Notes: generated from the sequence alone by a model not told the origin. A DNA stretch of 64,000 nt from an uncultured Thermoleophilia bacterium (GCA_963715985.1 CAVQSP010000020.1:61453-125452), one strand, 5' to 3'. Positions 27,817 through 37,290 are shown, numbered from the stretch's first letter. Program-made: numbers and translations.

Positions 27817-29466
27817 TCAGGCCGGCCGGCCGGCCCTGGCCAGCATGCCCTCCGCGTGGCTGCGGGCGGCGGAGTCGTCCGGCCGTGCGCCGAGCATGCG
27901 GCACAGCTCGGCGAGGCGCTCCTCCCCCTCCACGCGGCGCACCACCGTGACCGTGCTGCCGGCGGCCACGTCGCTCTGCTTCACGATCGCGAACTGGCGT
28001 TCCGCGAACGCGGCCACCTGCGGCAGGTGCGTGATGCACACCACCTGGCGGCCCTCTGCGAGACGCGCCAGCCGCTCGCCCAGCGCCGACGCGGTGACGC
28101 CGCCGATGCCGGCGTCGACCTCGTCGAAGATCAGCGTCTCCACGTCGTCGCCGAGCGTGACGATGCCACGGATGGCCAGCATGGCGCGCGAGAGCTCGCC
28201 GCCCGAGGCGGTCTCGCGCAGCGGGCGCGGCGGCACACCGGGATTGGCGCCGAAGAGGAACTCCACGTCGTCGGCGCCGCGCGGGCCCAGCGCATCCCAG
28301 CCCTCGCCGCGCGGACTCACCACGATACTGAAGCTGGCGTGCGGCATCGCGAGGCCGCGCAGCTCCTCCTGCACTCTCGCGGCCACGCGCGGAGCGGCGG
28401 CACGGCGCGCGGCGCTGAGGCGGGCCGCGGCCGCAAGAGCCCCGTCCTGCGCCGCCTCCACGCGGGCCGTGAGCGACGCCTCATCCGCTTCGAACTCCTC
28501 CAGCCGCTCCAGCCGTGCGCGCGCCGTGGCGGCGTAGGCGAGCACTTCGTCCGCGGAGCCACCGTACTTGCGCATGAGGCCCTTGAGCCTGTCGTACCGC
28601 AGCTCGAGCGCGTCCCGGTGTGCGGGGTCCACGTCGAGGTCGTCGAGATAGGCGCGCAGCAAGGCCGCAAGGTCGTCGAGCTCGGCGGCGAGGCCGTCGA
28701 GGCGCTGCGCCGCGGAGTCCAGGGCCTCGTCCAGCGCCGCCGCCTCGGCCACGAGGCGCTGGGCCACGCGCACGGCGTCCAGGGCCGCGGCCTCGCTCTC
28801 GCCGGCCAGCAGGCCGAGCGCGCCGCCGGCGCGCTCCAGCAGCTTGCCGGCGTGCCGCAGCCGCTCGCGCTCCGCCGCGAGCCTGACGTCCTCGCCCTCC
28901 TGTACCTCCGCCGCCTCGATCTCCGCGGTCTGGTAGCGCAACATCTCGATCTCGCGCTCCCGCTCGCGGCCGGCGCCGCGCAGCTCGTGCAGCTCGCGCG
29001 AGAGCACGCGCGCGCCCTCGTAGGCGGCGGCGTAGCGCTCGAGCAGCGGCGCCGTCTCGTCGGCGGCGCCGTCGAGCAGATCGAGCTGGCGCTCCAGCTG
29101 GAGCAGGCGCGTATGCTCGAGCTGCCCGTAGAAGGCGAGCCGCGAACGCAGCGCCTCTTCCACGGCGGCGGCCGAGCTGTACAGGCCGTCCAGGTGGGAG
29201 CGCGAACGTCCGCCGCGCGGCAGTTCCCTCGCCACCGCCAGTGTCTCGCCGTCCCCGCTCTCGAAGAGCGCCTGGACGAGCGCCCTGGCGGCCCCCGGCC
29301 GGATGAGCTCGTCGCCACCCTTCTGGCCCAGCAGCAGACCGATGGCCTGGGCCAGCAGGCTCTTGCCGGCGCCCGTCTCGCCGGTGATGACGTTGAGGCC
29401 CGGCGAGAACTCCAGGCGCGCCTCGGCGATGAGCACGAGGTCGTCGATGGAGAGCTCAGCGAGCAT
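27817..29466 (-). CDS. recN: DNA repair protein RecN
   Basis: 549 aa. GETGAGKSLL Walker A, coiled coil, C-terminal SGGELSRAMLA / LIFDEVDAGIGG. Confidence 0.95.
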   Translation of the reverse strand: MLAELSIDDLVLIAEARLEFSPGLNVITGETGAGKSLLAQAIGLLLGQKGGDELIRPGAARALVQALFESGDGETLAVARELPRGGRSRSHLDGLYSSAAAVEEALRSRLAFYGQLEHTRLLQLERQLDLLDGAADETAPLLERYAAAYEGARVLSRELHELRGAGREREREIEMLRYQTAEIEAAEVQEGEDVRLAAERERLRHAGKLLERAGGALGLLAGESEAAALDAVRVAQRLVAEAAALDEALDSAAQRLDGLAAELDDLAALLRAYLDDLDVDPAHRDALELRYDRLKGLMRKYGGSADEVLAYAATARARLERLEEFEADEASLTARVEAAQDGALAAAARLSAARRAAAPRVAARVQEELRGLAMPHASFSIVVSPRGEGWDALGPRGADDVEFLFGANPGVPPRPLRETASGGELSRAMLAIRGIVTLGDDVETLIFDEVDAGIGGVTASALGERLARLAEGRQVVCITHLPQVAAFAERQFAIVKQSDVAAGSTVTVVRRVEGEERLAELCRMLGARPDDSAARSHAEGMLARAGRPA

Positions 29467-30325
29467 CGCGGCGATCGAAGAGCTTTTCCTCGACGTTCTG
29501 ATAGAAGGAGCCCTCGCCGCTCACCATGAGGCGGGCACGCTTGGGCCCCGCCGCGATGCGCACCTCGTCGCCGCAGCAGAGGCGGCCGCGGGAGTCGCCG
29601 TCCACCACGATCTCGGCCTCCTGCATGGGCGAGACGTTGCGCGCGCTGATGACGTGGTCCGGACGCAGGATGACGGGGCGGAACCCGAGGGAGTGCGGGG
29701 CGATGAAGTTGAGCACCAGTACGCCCGCGTCCCACTCGACGATGGGCCCGCCGCAGGAGAGGTTGTAGGCGGTGGACCCGGTCGGCGACGCGATGATGAG
29801 ACCGTCGCAGAACATGCGGCCCACGGTGACCCCGGCGACCTCGTATTCGAGCTGCAGCACGTGACGCGGCGCCACGCGGCTGAGGATGACGTCGTTGACC
29901 GCAGTGAGGCTGTGCCCGTTGACCTGCACGTCCACCGTGAGCAGCTGGATGATGCGATGCTCTCCGGCCAGCATGCCGGCGAGACCGTCGGCCCACTCTT
30001 CACGGGCGAGCGCCGCGAGAAAGCCCACGTTGCCGAAGTTGACGCCGAGAACTGGAGCGCTGCCGTCGAGGAGCCGGCCGAGCGCACGGAGGATCGTGCC
30101 GTCTCCGCCGAAAACGAGGCAAAGGTCGGCGTCGCGGACCTCGTCTTCGCCGACCACGGCGTAGCCCTGCCGGGCCGTCGCGTCGTGCCGCGCGGCCTCG
30201 TCCGGCGGCATGAGCAGCTCGACACCGAGCTCGTGCCGGGCCGCGGCCAGCTGCGCCAGCGCGGCCTCGGTCTCGGTCTTGCCGAGGCCGGTGAGCACGG
30301 CGATGCGACGCAGCCGCTCAGGCAT
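29456..30325 (-). CDS. nadK: NAD kinase
   Basis: 289 aa. LVFGGDGTILRA, NFGNVGFL, STAYNLSCGGPIV. Confidence 0.9.
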   Translation of the reverse strand: MPERLRRIAVLTGLGKTETEAALAQLAAARHELGVELLMPPDEAARHDATARQGYAVVGEDEVRDADLCLVFGGDGTILRALGRLLDGSAPVLGVNFGNVGFLAALAREEWADGLAGMLAGEHRIIQLLTVDVQVNGHSLTAVNDVILSRVAPRHVLQLEYEVAGVTVGRMFCDGLIIASPTGSTAYNLSCGGPIVEWDAGVLVLNFIAPHSLGFRPVILRPDHVISARNVSPMQEAEIVVDGDSRGRLCCGDEVRIAAGPKRARLMVSGEGSFYQNVEEKLFDRRDAR

Positions 30326-31118
30326 GAGCGTCGGCGACGGCCCGCGCCGCCGCGAGAGAAGGCTCGACGGGAGTCGCCGGCAGAGGCGTGCGCCCGTCGC
30401 AGAAGTAGACGAAGTACTCCACGTTGCCCTTTGGTCCGGGGTGGCCCGAGTCGCAGACGCCCAGCACCGCGGCGCCCCGTTCCAGCAGCCACGCGCAAAC
30501 TGCCTCGAGGACGCTCACCTGGACCTCCGGGTCGCGCACCACGCCACCCTTGCCCACACGGTCACGGCCGGCCTCGAACTGCGGTTTGACGAGGACGAGG
30601 CCCCGGTAGCCGTCGCGCAGCGATTCTAGCACGGGCCCCAGAGCCACCGTCAGGGAGATGAACGAGAGGTCGGCGGTGACAAACGACGGCGCGAACGGGA
30701 GACGTTGCGCGGTCAGGTGACGGGCGTTGGTGCGCTCGAGCACGGTGACCCGCGGGTCCTCGCGCAGGCGCCAGTCGAGCTGGCCGTAGCCCACGTCCAC
30801 GGCCACGACGCGTGCGGCGCCTCCCTGCAGCAGGCGGTCGACGAACCCGCCGGTGGAGCTGCCGAGATCGATGACGTCCTCGTCGGCTACTGCCACGCCG
30901 AAGACGTCGAGGGCGTGGTCGAGCTTGTCGCCGCCGCGCGAGACGAAGCGCGGGCGCACGGCCACACGAACGGGGGCCTCCGCGTCGACCATGATTCCAG
31001 GCTTGTCGGCGAGCCGGTCGCCCACGTGGATCTCGCCCGCGAGGATGGCCGTGCGCGCCTGGGCGCGCGTGGCGAAGAACCCCCGGGAGACGAGCAGCGC
31101 ATCGAGCCGCTCGCGCAC
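30318..31118 (-). CDS. tlyA: TlyA-family rRNA 2'-O-methyltransferase (S4 domain plus FtsJ-like)
   Basis: RLDALLVSRGFFATRAQARTAILAGEIHV (S4), DLGSSTGGFVDRLLQGGA (SAM). GTG at 31118 preceded by AGGAGA. The track ORF is over-extended. Confidence 0.85.
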   Translation of the reverse strand: MRERLDALLVSRGFFATRAQARTAILAGEIHVGDRLADKPGIMVDAEAPVRVAVRPRFVSRGGDKLDHALDVFGVAVADEDVIDLGSSTGGFVDRLLQGGAARVVAVDVGYGQLDWRLREDPRVTVLERTNARHLTAQRLPFAPSFVTADLSFISLTVALGPVLESLRDGYRGLVLVKPQFEAGRDRVGKGGVVRDPEVQVSVLEAVCAWLLERGAAVLGVCDSGHPGPKGNVEYFVYFCDGRTPLPATPVEPSLAAARAVADAHA

Positions 31119-31125
31119 GGCTCTC

Positions 31126-33001
31126 CTACTTGACGCGGGCCAGCGACGCGGGGCGCACGGCAGCCGCCAGCGCCACGGCCTGCGGCGTAAGCCCGATGTC
31201 CTGCAGCAGGCGCGCACGGTCGCCGTGCGGCACGAAGGCGTCGGGCAAGCCAAAGCGCACGACTGGGACCAGAGCACCGACCTTCTCGAGCACGGCGCTT
31301 CCGAACCCGCCGGCGAGGGCGTTCTCCTCCACCGTGACGAGGCGCTTATGCGTGCCGGCCAGCTCCAGGAGAAGGGCCTCGTCCAGCGGCTTCACGAAGC
31401 GCGCGTCGACTACGGTGGGCCGCTCGCCCTGGGCCTCGAGGAGCGCCGCCGCCTCCTCGGCGATGCCCACCCCCGTGCCGATGCCGATGAGCGCCACGTC
31501 CCGGCCCTCCTGCACGACGACGCCCTTGCCGACCGGCAGCGCCTCGATCGCGCGTGGCTGCACGAACGGCGCCGCGAGGCCGCGCGGGTAGCGGATGGCG
31601 GCGGGGCCGTCGAGCTCCAGAGCCGTGCGCAGCATCCGCTGCAGCTCCTCCTGGCTTGACGGAGCCATCACCGTGAGGTTGGGGATGACCCGCAGGTAGC
31701 TGAGGTCGAAGGCCCCGTGGTGCGTGGGGCCGTCGTCGCCCACGAGCCCGGCGCGGTCCACCGCGAAGACGACGGGCAGCTGCTGCAGGCCGATGTCCTG
31801 CACGAGCATGTCGTAGGCGCGCTGCAGGAACGTGGAGTACACGGCGACCACGGGTCGCATGCCGCCGATCGCGAGGCCTGCGGCGAACACCGCGGCGTGC
31901 TCCTCGGCGATGCCGACGTCGTAGAAGCGGTCGGGGAAGCGACGCTCGAACTCCTCCAGGCCGGTGCCCTGGGTCATGGAGGCCGTGATGGCCACCACGC
32001 GCGGATCACTCTCGGCCAGTCGTACCGAGGGCCTGCCCGAACGCCTGGGTGTACGTGGTCCCTACCGCGGGCACCTTGCGTGCCCCGTCGCCGATGTGGA
32101 ACGGCGCCGTACCGTGGTACGCGTCCGGCTGCTTCTCGGCAGGCTTGTATCCCTTGCCCTTGATGGTGCGCACGTGCACCACCACGGGGCGGCGGGTCTC
32201 GATGGCCTGGCGGATGCTCTCCCGCAGCGCGTGCAGGTCGTGACCGTCCACCACGCCGATGTAGGCGAAGCCGAGCTCCTCGAACAGCATGCCCGGCACC
32301 AAGAACGCCTTCATGGACTCTTTGACGTCCTTGCCGAGGCGGTACGCCTGCGGGCCGATGGCGGGGATGCGGGCCACGCCGCGCTCGAGGTCCTCGCGCA
32401 ACCTGGTCAGCGTGGGATCGAGACGGATGCGGTTCAGGTAGAGCTGCATCGCGCCGACGTTGGCGCGGATGGACATCTCGTTGTCGTTCAGCACCACGAC
32501 CAGCGGCGTGCGCAGGTGGCCAGCCTGATTGAGGGCCTCGAAGGCGACGCCCCCGGTGAGGGCGCCGTCGCCCAGCACGCATACGACGCTGCCGCCGGCG
32601 CGCGCCAGCCGCGCGGCCTCCACGAGGCCGAGCCCATAGCTGATGGAGGTGGAGGCGTGGCCGGTGCCGATGACGTCGTGCTCGGACTCGGCACGACTCG
32701 GGAACCCGGAGAGACCGCCGTACTGGCGGATGGTGCCGAACCGGTCGCGGCGCCCGGTGAGCAGCTTGTGCGCGTAGCATTGGTGGCCGACGTCCCAGAC
32801 GATCTTGTCGCGGGGGCTCTCGAGCACGCTGTGCAGGGCGACCGTGAGCTCGACGGTGCCGAGACTGGGAGCGAGGTGGCCGCCGACCTCGCTCATGCAG
32901 GCGAGGATGGTCTCACGGATCTCCGCCGAGAGAAGCTTGAGCTCGCGCTCGGAGAACTGCTGGAGATCGGCGGGATCTGAGATCCGTTCAAGGTACGCCA
33001 T
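31126..33001 (-). CDS. dxs: 1-deoxy-D-xylulose-5-phosphate synthase, reading frame broken near 32017-32022
   Basis: The N-terminal part is ORF 32006..33166 from MAYLERISDPADL (ATG 33001), with GGHLAPSLGTVELTVALH and GDGALTGG. It ends ...TYTQAFGQALGTTGRE*. The +1 frame continues LAESDPRVVAITASMTQGTGL...FDVGIAEEHA... (ORF 31126..31998). Confidence 0.88.
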
Positions 33002-33010
33002 CGTCACCGG

Positions 33011-33019
33011 AGTATAGCA
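33011..33019 (-). promoter_or_regulatory. Extended -10 element TGCTATACT only 9 nt upstream of the dxs ATG (possible leaderless or near-leaderless transcript)
   Basis: Minus strand reads GGTGCTATACTCCGGTGACG-ATG. It has the same TGnTATACT form as the pyrG element. No SD-like purine run lies between it and the ATG. Confidence 0.4.
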
Positions 33020-33074
33020 CCGGCCTTCTTGCGGCAGCCTTACGACGGCGTGCCCGCGCCGCCGGACGGCCCGG

Positions 33075-33971
33075 TCAGCGGCGGCGACGGCGGATGTAGC
33101 CGGTGATGGCCGCCAGATCGGCGGGGTCGCCGGGCAGCGCCGCGAGCCGCTCCATGGCCCTCGCACTGGCCTCGTCGGCCAGCGTGCGCGCGGCGTCCAG
33201 GCCGAACCGCGAGACGTACGTGGTCTTCTCCTGGGCGCGGTCCTTGCCCACGCTCTTGCCGAGCTCGGCTTCTTCCCCGGCCTCGTCGAGGATGTCGTCG
33301 ACGATCTGGAACAGGAGGCCGACCTCGGCGGCGAAGGCCCGGTACGGCGCCGCGTCCTCCGCGCCGCTCAGCACCGCCCCGCACACCACTGCGGCTTCGA
33401 TGAGCCTGCCGGTCTTGAGCTCGTGCAGGGTGCGCAGGTCGTCGTCGCTCGCGGCCAGGCCCACCACGTCCATGTACTGGCCGCCGACCATGCCCTGCAC
33501 GCCGGTGGCGCCGGCGATCTCGGTGACGGCGGCGAGCAAGGCCGCGGGCTCGCCCTTCTGGCGCGAGAGCAAGACGTGGAACGCCTCCGCGAAGAGCCCG
33601 TCCCCGGCGAGGATCGCGATGTCCTCGCCGAAGGCCACGTGGCACGTGGGCCGCCCGCGGCGCAGGGTGTCGTCGTCGATGGCCGGGAGGTCGTCGTGGA
33701 TGAGCGAGTAGGTGTGCACGAGCTCCAGCGCTGCCGCGGCCGGCAACACGCGGGCCGGGTCGGCGCCGCGGCTGCGTGCCGTGGCCAGCGTCAGGACCGG
33801 CCGGATCCGCTTGCCGCCGGCGAGCAGCGAGTATCTCATCGCCTCCACGAGCCGCGCGGCGCGCAGGTCGGCGCCGAAGTCGAGCTCGTCGAGGTAGCGC
33901 TCGACGAGCGCGAGAAGCTCCAGCGGATAGCCGTCGTCCGACGGTGTCCCGGCCACGCGGCTGTCCGTCAC
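33075..33971 (-). CDS. ispA: Polyprenyl diphosphate synthase (FPP/GGPP synthase)
   Basis: 298 aa. First DDxxD: LIHDDLPAIDDDTLRRG. Second: FQIVDDILD. Confidence 0.85.
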   Translation of the reverse strand: MTDSRVAGTPSDDGYPLELLALVERYLDELDFGADLRAARLVEAMRYSLLAGGKRIRPVLTLATARSRGADPARVLPAAAALELVHTYSLIHDDLPAIDDDTLRRGRPTCHVAFGEDIAILAGDGLFAEAFHVLLSRQKGEPAALLAAVTEIAGATGVQGMVGGQYMDVVGLAASDDDLRTLHELKTGRLIEAAVVCGAVLSGAEDAAPYRAFAAEVGLLFQIVDDILDEAGEEAELGKSVGKDRAQEKTTYVSRFGLDAARTLADEASARAMERLAALPGDPADLAAITGYIRRRRR

Positions 33972-34216
33972 CCGGCGACGCGACCGAGGCGCTCGAGGAG
34001 GCGGCCCGCCTCCTCGACCAGCTCGGTCGCGCGCTCCAGGAGCGTCATCTCGACCTCGCCGGAGGCGGAGGCGCCCAGACGCGGCTCCAGCTCCTCCAGC
34101 TGGGCGAGGATGGCGCGCACCCGGGCAATGGCCTCGGCCGGCTTGAGCGCCGCCTCGGCGGTGCCGCCGGCGACGGTCGGCGGCGCTTCCGCGGACACAC
34201 CGGCCTCGTCATTCAC
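33968..34216 (-). CDS. Small coiled-coil protein, possibly exodeoxyribonuclease VII small subunit-like
   Basis: ~82 aa from the GTG at 34216 (VNDEAGVSAE...AIARVRAILAQLEELE...MTLLERATELVEEAGRLLERLG). It occupies the xseB position (nusB...xseA-xseB-ispA-dxs in Firmicutes), but similarity is only pattern-level and there is no xseA nearby. Confidence 0.35.
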   Translation of the reverse strand: MNDEAGVSAEAPPTVAGGTAEAALKPAEAIARVRAILAQLEELEPRLGASASGEVEMTLLERATELVEEAGRLLERLGRVAG

Positions 34217-34625
34217 CGTCGGCCTCCAGCTCGCGCTGGGCGGCACCGAGGACGCCGTTGACGAACGCTCCGGCCTCGTCGGTGGCGTACCGCTTGGCCA
34301 GCCGCACGGCCTCGTCGATGGCCACCTCGGGGGGCGCGGTGCCGCTCTCCATCTCCCACAGCGCCAGGCGCAGGATGCTGCGCTCAAGCGGCGCGATGCG
34401 GTCTATCGTCCAGCCGGTGGCGTGACGCGCGAGCGTGGCATCCAGCTCCTCGCGCGCGCCCTCCACGCCCCTCACGGCGGCGATGGTGTAGTCATCCGGG
34501 CCGTAGCCCTCGCGCAGTCGCTGACCCTGCACGACCTCTTCCATGCTGAGATCGGTGACGTCGCGCTGGTAGAGCATGAACAGCGCGTCACGGCGTGCCT
34601 GTTTGCGGCTGGGGCGAGCGGTCAC
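34209..34625 (-). CDS. nusB: Transcription antitermination factor NusB
   Basis: 138 aa. RRDALFMLYQRDV..., AEVAIDEAVRLAKRYATDEAGAFVNGVL. Confidence 0.9.
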   Translation of the reverse strand: MTARPSRKQARRDALFMLYQRDVTDLSMEEVVQGQRLREGYGPDDYTIAAVRGVEGAREELDATLARHATGWTIDRIAPLERSILRLALWEMESGTAPPEVAIDEAVRLAKRYATDEAGAFVNGVLGAAQRELEADGE

Positions 34626-34641
34626 CGGCGTGGACCCGGGC

Positions 34642-36492
34642 TCAGATGGGCTCGAGGGCGAAGAGCGGCTGGCCGTACTGCACGGTCTCGCCGTCTTCCA
34701 CGAGGATCTCGCGCACCACCCCGGCCACGTCCGCCGTGAGCTCGTTCATCATCTTCATCATCTCGAGGATGCAGAGCGTCTGGCCGGCCTCCACCGCGTC
34801 GCCGACCTCCACGAAGGACGGAGACTGCGGAGAGGGCGAGCGATAGAAGGTGGCCACCCACTTCGAGCGGACCATGTGGTAGCCGTTGAGAGCATCGCCT
34901 TCGGCCGCTGCGGCCTGCCCGGCCCGGGCCGCGGCGGCCGGCGCCGCCGGCGCCACCGCGGCCGGCGCAAGGGCGCCGGCCTTGCGCACGGTCATCTTGA
35001 GGTCGCCCTGTTCGATGACCACCTCGTCGATGCCGCTCTCCTCGACCATGGTGAGGATGTCCTTCACGCGGTCGGCGGCGTTGTCTCCGAGCACCGACCC
35101 GGCCTGAGCGGCGAGGTACGCCGGCACCTGGGTGCCGAACACGTCGCTCTCGGGGCCGATGTGGTGGCGCTCAAGATAGGGGCGCGCCGTCTGCGGGAAG
35201 AGCGCGTAGCTGAGCAGGTCCTCCTCGGAGCGCGCCAGGTCGCCGATCTCCTCGCGGTAGTCCTCGAGGGTCTCCGTCACGAGGTCGGCCGGGCGCACGT
35301 GGATGGGTTCCTCGTCGCCGAGCACGCGCATGATGACCTCGCGCGACACGGGGCCGGGAGCGGCACCATACTTGCCGCGCAGATAGGCCTTCATCTCGTC
35401 CGGCACGATGTGCCAGCGGCGACCGGAGAGCACGTTGAGCACGGCCTGCGTGCCGACGATCTGCGACATCGGTGTGACGAGCGGCGGGAACCCGATCTCC
35501 GCGCGCACCACCGGGATCTCCTCGAGGACCTCGGGGAGCCGGTCCATGGCGTTCTGCTCCGAGAGCTGGCTCTCGAGGTTGCTGATCATCCCGCCCGGCA
35601 CCTGGTGCGAGTACACCTGCATGTGCGTGAGCGACGTGACGCCGCGGTCGTGCCCGGTCTCGATGCGCACCTTCTCGAAGTACTTGGCGATGCTGAACAG
35701 CCGGTCCAGGTCGAGCTCGGTGTCGTACGGCGTGCCGATGAGCGCAGTGACCACCATCTCGGTGGCGGGCTGCGAGTTGCCGAAGGCCAACGGCACCGTG
35801 GCCGTGTCGATGACGTCCACGCCGGCCTCCACGGCCTTGAGGTACGTCATCGGGGCGAGGCCGCCGATGTAGTGGCAGTGGAGCTGGATGGGCACGGAGA
35901 TCTCGGCCTTGAGGCGGCCGATGAGCTGCTCCGCGTAGTAGGGCGAGAGCAGCGCCGCCATGTCCTTGATGCAGATGGAGTCGGCGCCCATGGCCACGAG
36001 GCTGTGCGCCACCTCGAGGTAGTGGTCCAGCGAGTGGACCGGCGAGATCGTGTACACCACGGCAGCCTGGAAGTGCTTGCCCGTCTCCTTGATGGCGGCG
36101 GCGGCGGTCTCGAAGTTGCGGATGTCGTTGAGCGCGTCGAAGACGCGGAAGATGTCCACGCCGTTCTCCGCCGCCTTGTAGACGAAGCGGCGCACGATGT
36201 CGTCACCGTAGTGGCGGTAGCCGACGAGGTTCTGGCCGCGCAGCAGCATCTGCAGCGGCGTGCGCACCACGTGCTTCTTGATCAGGCGCAGCCGCTCCCA
36301 GGGGTCCTCGTCCAGGAAGCGCAGCGAGGCGTCGAAGGTGGCGCCGCCCCAGCACTCCAGCGAGTTGTAGCCCACCTCGTCCATGGTCTCGAGGATGGGC
36401 AGCATGTCGGGGGTACGCATGCGCGTGGCCCACAACGACTGGTGGCCGTCGCGCAGGGTGGTGTCGGTGATCCGGACCCGGCGAGCTCGCAT
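34642..36492 (-). CDS. Biotin-dependent carboxyltransferase subunit (OadA / PycB / 5S-type) with a C-terminal biotinyl domain
   Basis: 616 aa. ITDTTLRDGHQSLWATRM at the N-terminus. C-terminal lipoyl/biotinyl fold ...GQTLCILEMMKMMNELTADVAGVVREILVEDG (MKM biotinylation motif). Confidence 0.85.
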   Translation of the reverse strand: MRARRVRITDTTLRDGHQSLWATRMRTPDMLPILETMDEVGYNSLECWGGATFDASLRFLDEDPWERLRLIKKHVVRTPLQMLLRGQNLVGYRHYGDDIVRRFVYKAAENGVDIFRVFDALNDIRNFETAAAAIKETGKHFQAAVVYTISPVHSLDHYLEVAHSLVAMGADSICIKDMAALLSPYYAEQLIGRLKAEISVPIQLHCHYIGGLAPMTYLKAVEAGVDVIDTATVPLAFGNSQPATEMVVTALIGTPYDTELDLDRLFSIAKYFEKVRIETGHDRGVTSLTHMQVYSHQVPGGMISNLESQLSEQNAMDRLPEVLEEIPVVRAEIGFPPLVTPMSQIVGTQAVLNVLSGRRWHIVPDEMKAYLRGKYGAAPGPVSREVIMRVLGDEEPIHVRPADLVTETLEDYREEIGDLARSEEDLLSYALFPQTARPYLERHHIGPESDVFGTQVPAYLAAQAGSVLGDNAADRVKDILTMVEESGIDEVVIEQGDLKMTVRKAGALAPAAVAPAAPAAAARAGQAAAAEGDALNGYHMVRSKWVATFYRSPSPQSPSFVEVGDAVEAGQTLCILEMMKMMNELTADVAGVVREILVEDGETVQYGQPLFALEPI

Positions 36493-36516
36493 GATCGTTC
36501 TCCTGACCCGCTGCGC

Positions 36517-37083
36517 TCAGGCGCGGCCCAGGTACTCCCGGGTGCGCGTGTCGACCTTGATGCGCTCGCCCTCCTCGATGAAGAGAGGCACCTGGACGAC
36601 GACGCCGGTCTCGAGGGTGGCGGGCTTGGTGGCGCCCTGGGCGGTGTTGCCCTGAACGCCTGGGTCCGATTGTGTGATGAGCAGTTCCACGAAGTTGGGC
36701 GCCTGCACGTCGAACGGCTCGCCGTTGAGGTAGTAGACCTCGACCTCCATGTTCTCCACGGCCCACTCGAGGGCGTCACTGGCCATGTCCGGGGTCACGG
36801 AGATCTGCTCGTAGGTCTCGTTGTCCATGAGGACGACCTCGTCCTCGGTGGAGTAGAGATACGCCAGCTTGCGTGACTGGGTGTGCATGCGCTCGAACTT
36901 CTCGCCGGCGCGGAAGGTCTTGTCGAGCACGGCGCCGGTCTGGATATTGCGCACCTTGGTGCGCACGAACGCGCCGCCCTTGCCTGGCTTCACGTGCTGG
37001 AAGTCGACGATCGTGAAGGGCTGCCCGTCGATCTCGATGGCCATGCCGGTCTTGAACTGGTTGGTGTTGACTACGTCTGCCAT
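36517..37083 (-). CDS. efp: Elongation factor P
   Basis: 188 aa. NQFKTGMAIEIDGQPFTIVDFQHVKPGKGGAFVRTKVRN. Confidence 0.95.
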   Translation of the reverse strand: MADVVNTNQFKTGMAIEIDGQPFTIVDFQHVKPGKGGAFVRTKVRNIQTGAVLDKTFRAGEKFERMHTQSRKLAYLYSTEDEVVLMDNETYEQISVTPDMASDALEWAVENMEVEVYYLNGEPFDVQAPNFVELLITQSDPGVQGNTAQGATKPATLETGVVVQVPLFIEEGERIKVDTRTREYLGRA

Positions 37084-37198
37084 ATGGTCCTACTCAGGGG
37101 TCGCCTGTACGGGTCAGAAGGGTAGTAGGCCATGATACCCCAAGCCGCGAGGGTGGTGTAGCGGCGCCGGCGGCGTCAGGGGGCGGCTCCGCCGCACC

Positions 37199-37290
37199 GG
37201 TCCATGAGCGGTGCGCCTACGGCGCCCCACTCGATGACCCGCTGCGGCGGTCATTGAGGGGTCCGCTTCGCCGCACCCCTCGTTGACATC
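37199..37290. repeat. Intergenic modular hairpin repeat (family copy R4, two units)
   Basis: ggtccatgagcggtgcgcctacggcgccccactcgatgacccgctgcggcggtcattgaggggtccgcttcgccgcacccctcgttgac. The first unit aligns with 7921-7970. The second unit (gaggggt...acccctc stem, gcttcgc loop region) aligns with the 7871-7897 hairpin, with a different stem sequence. Confidence 0.55.
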
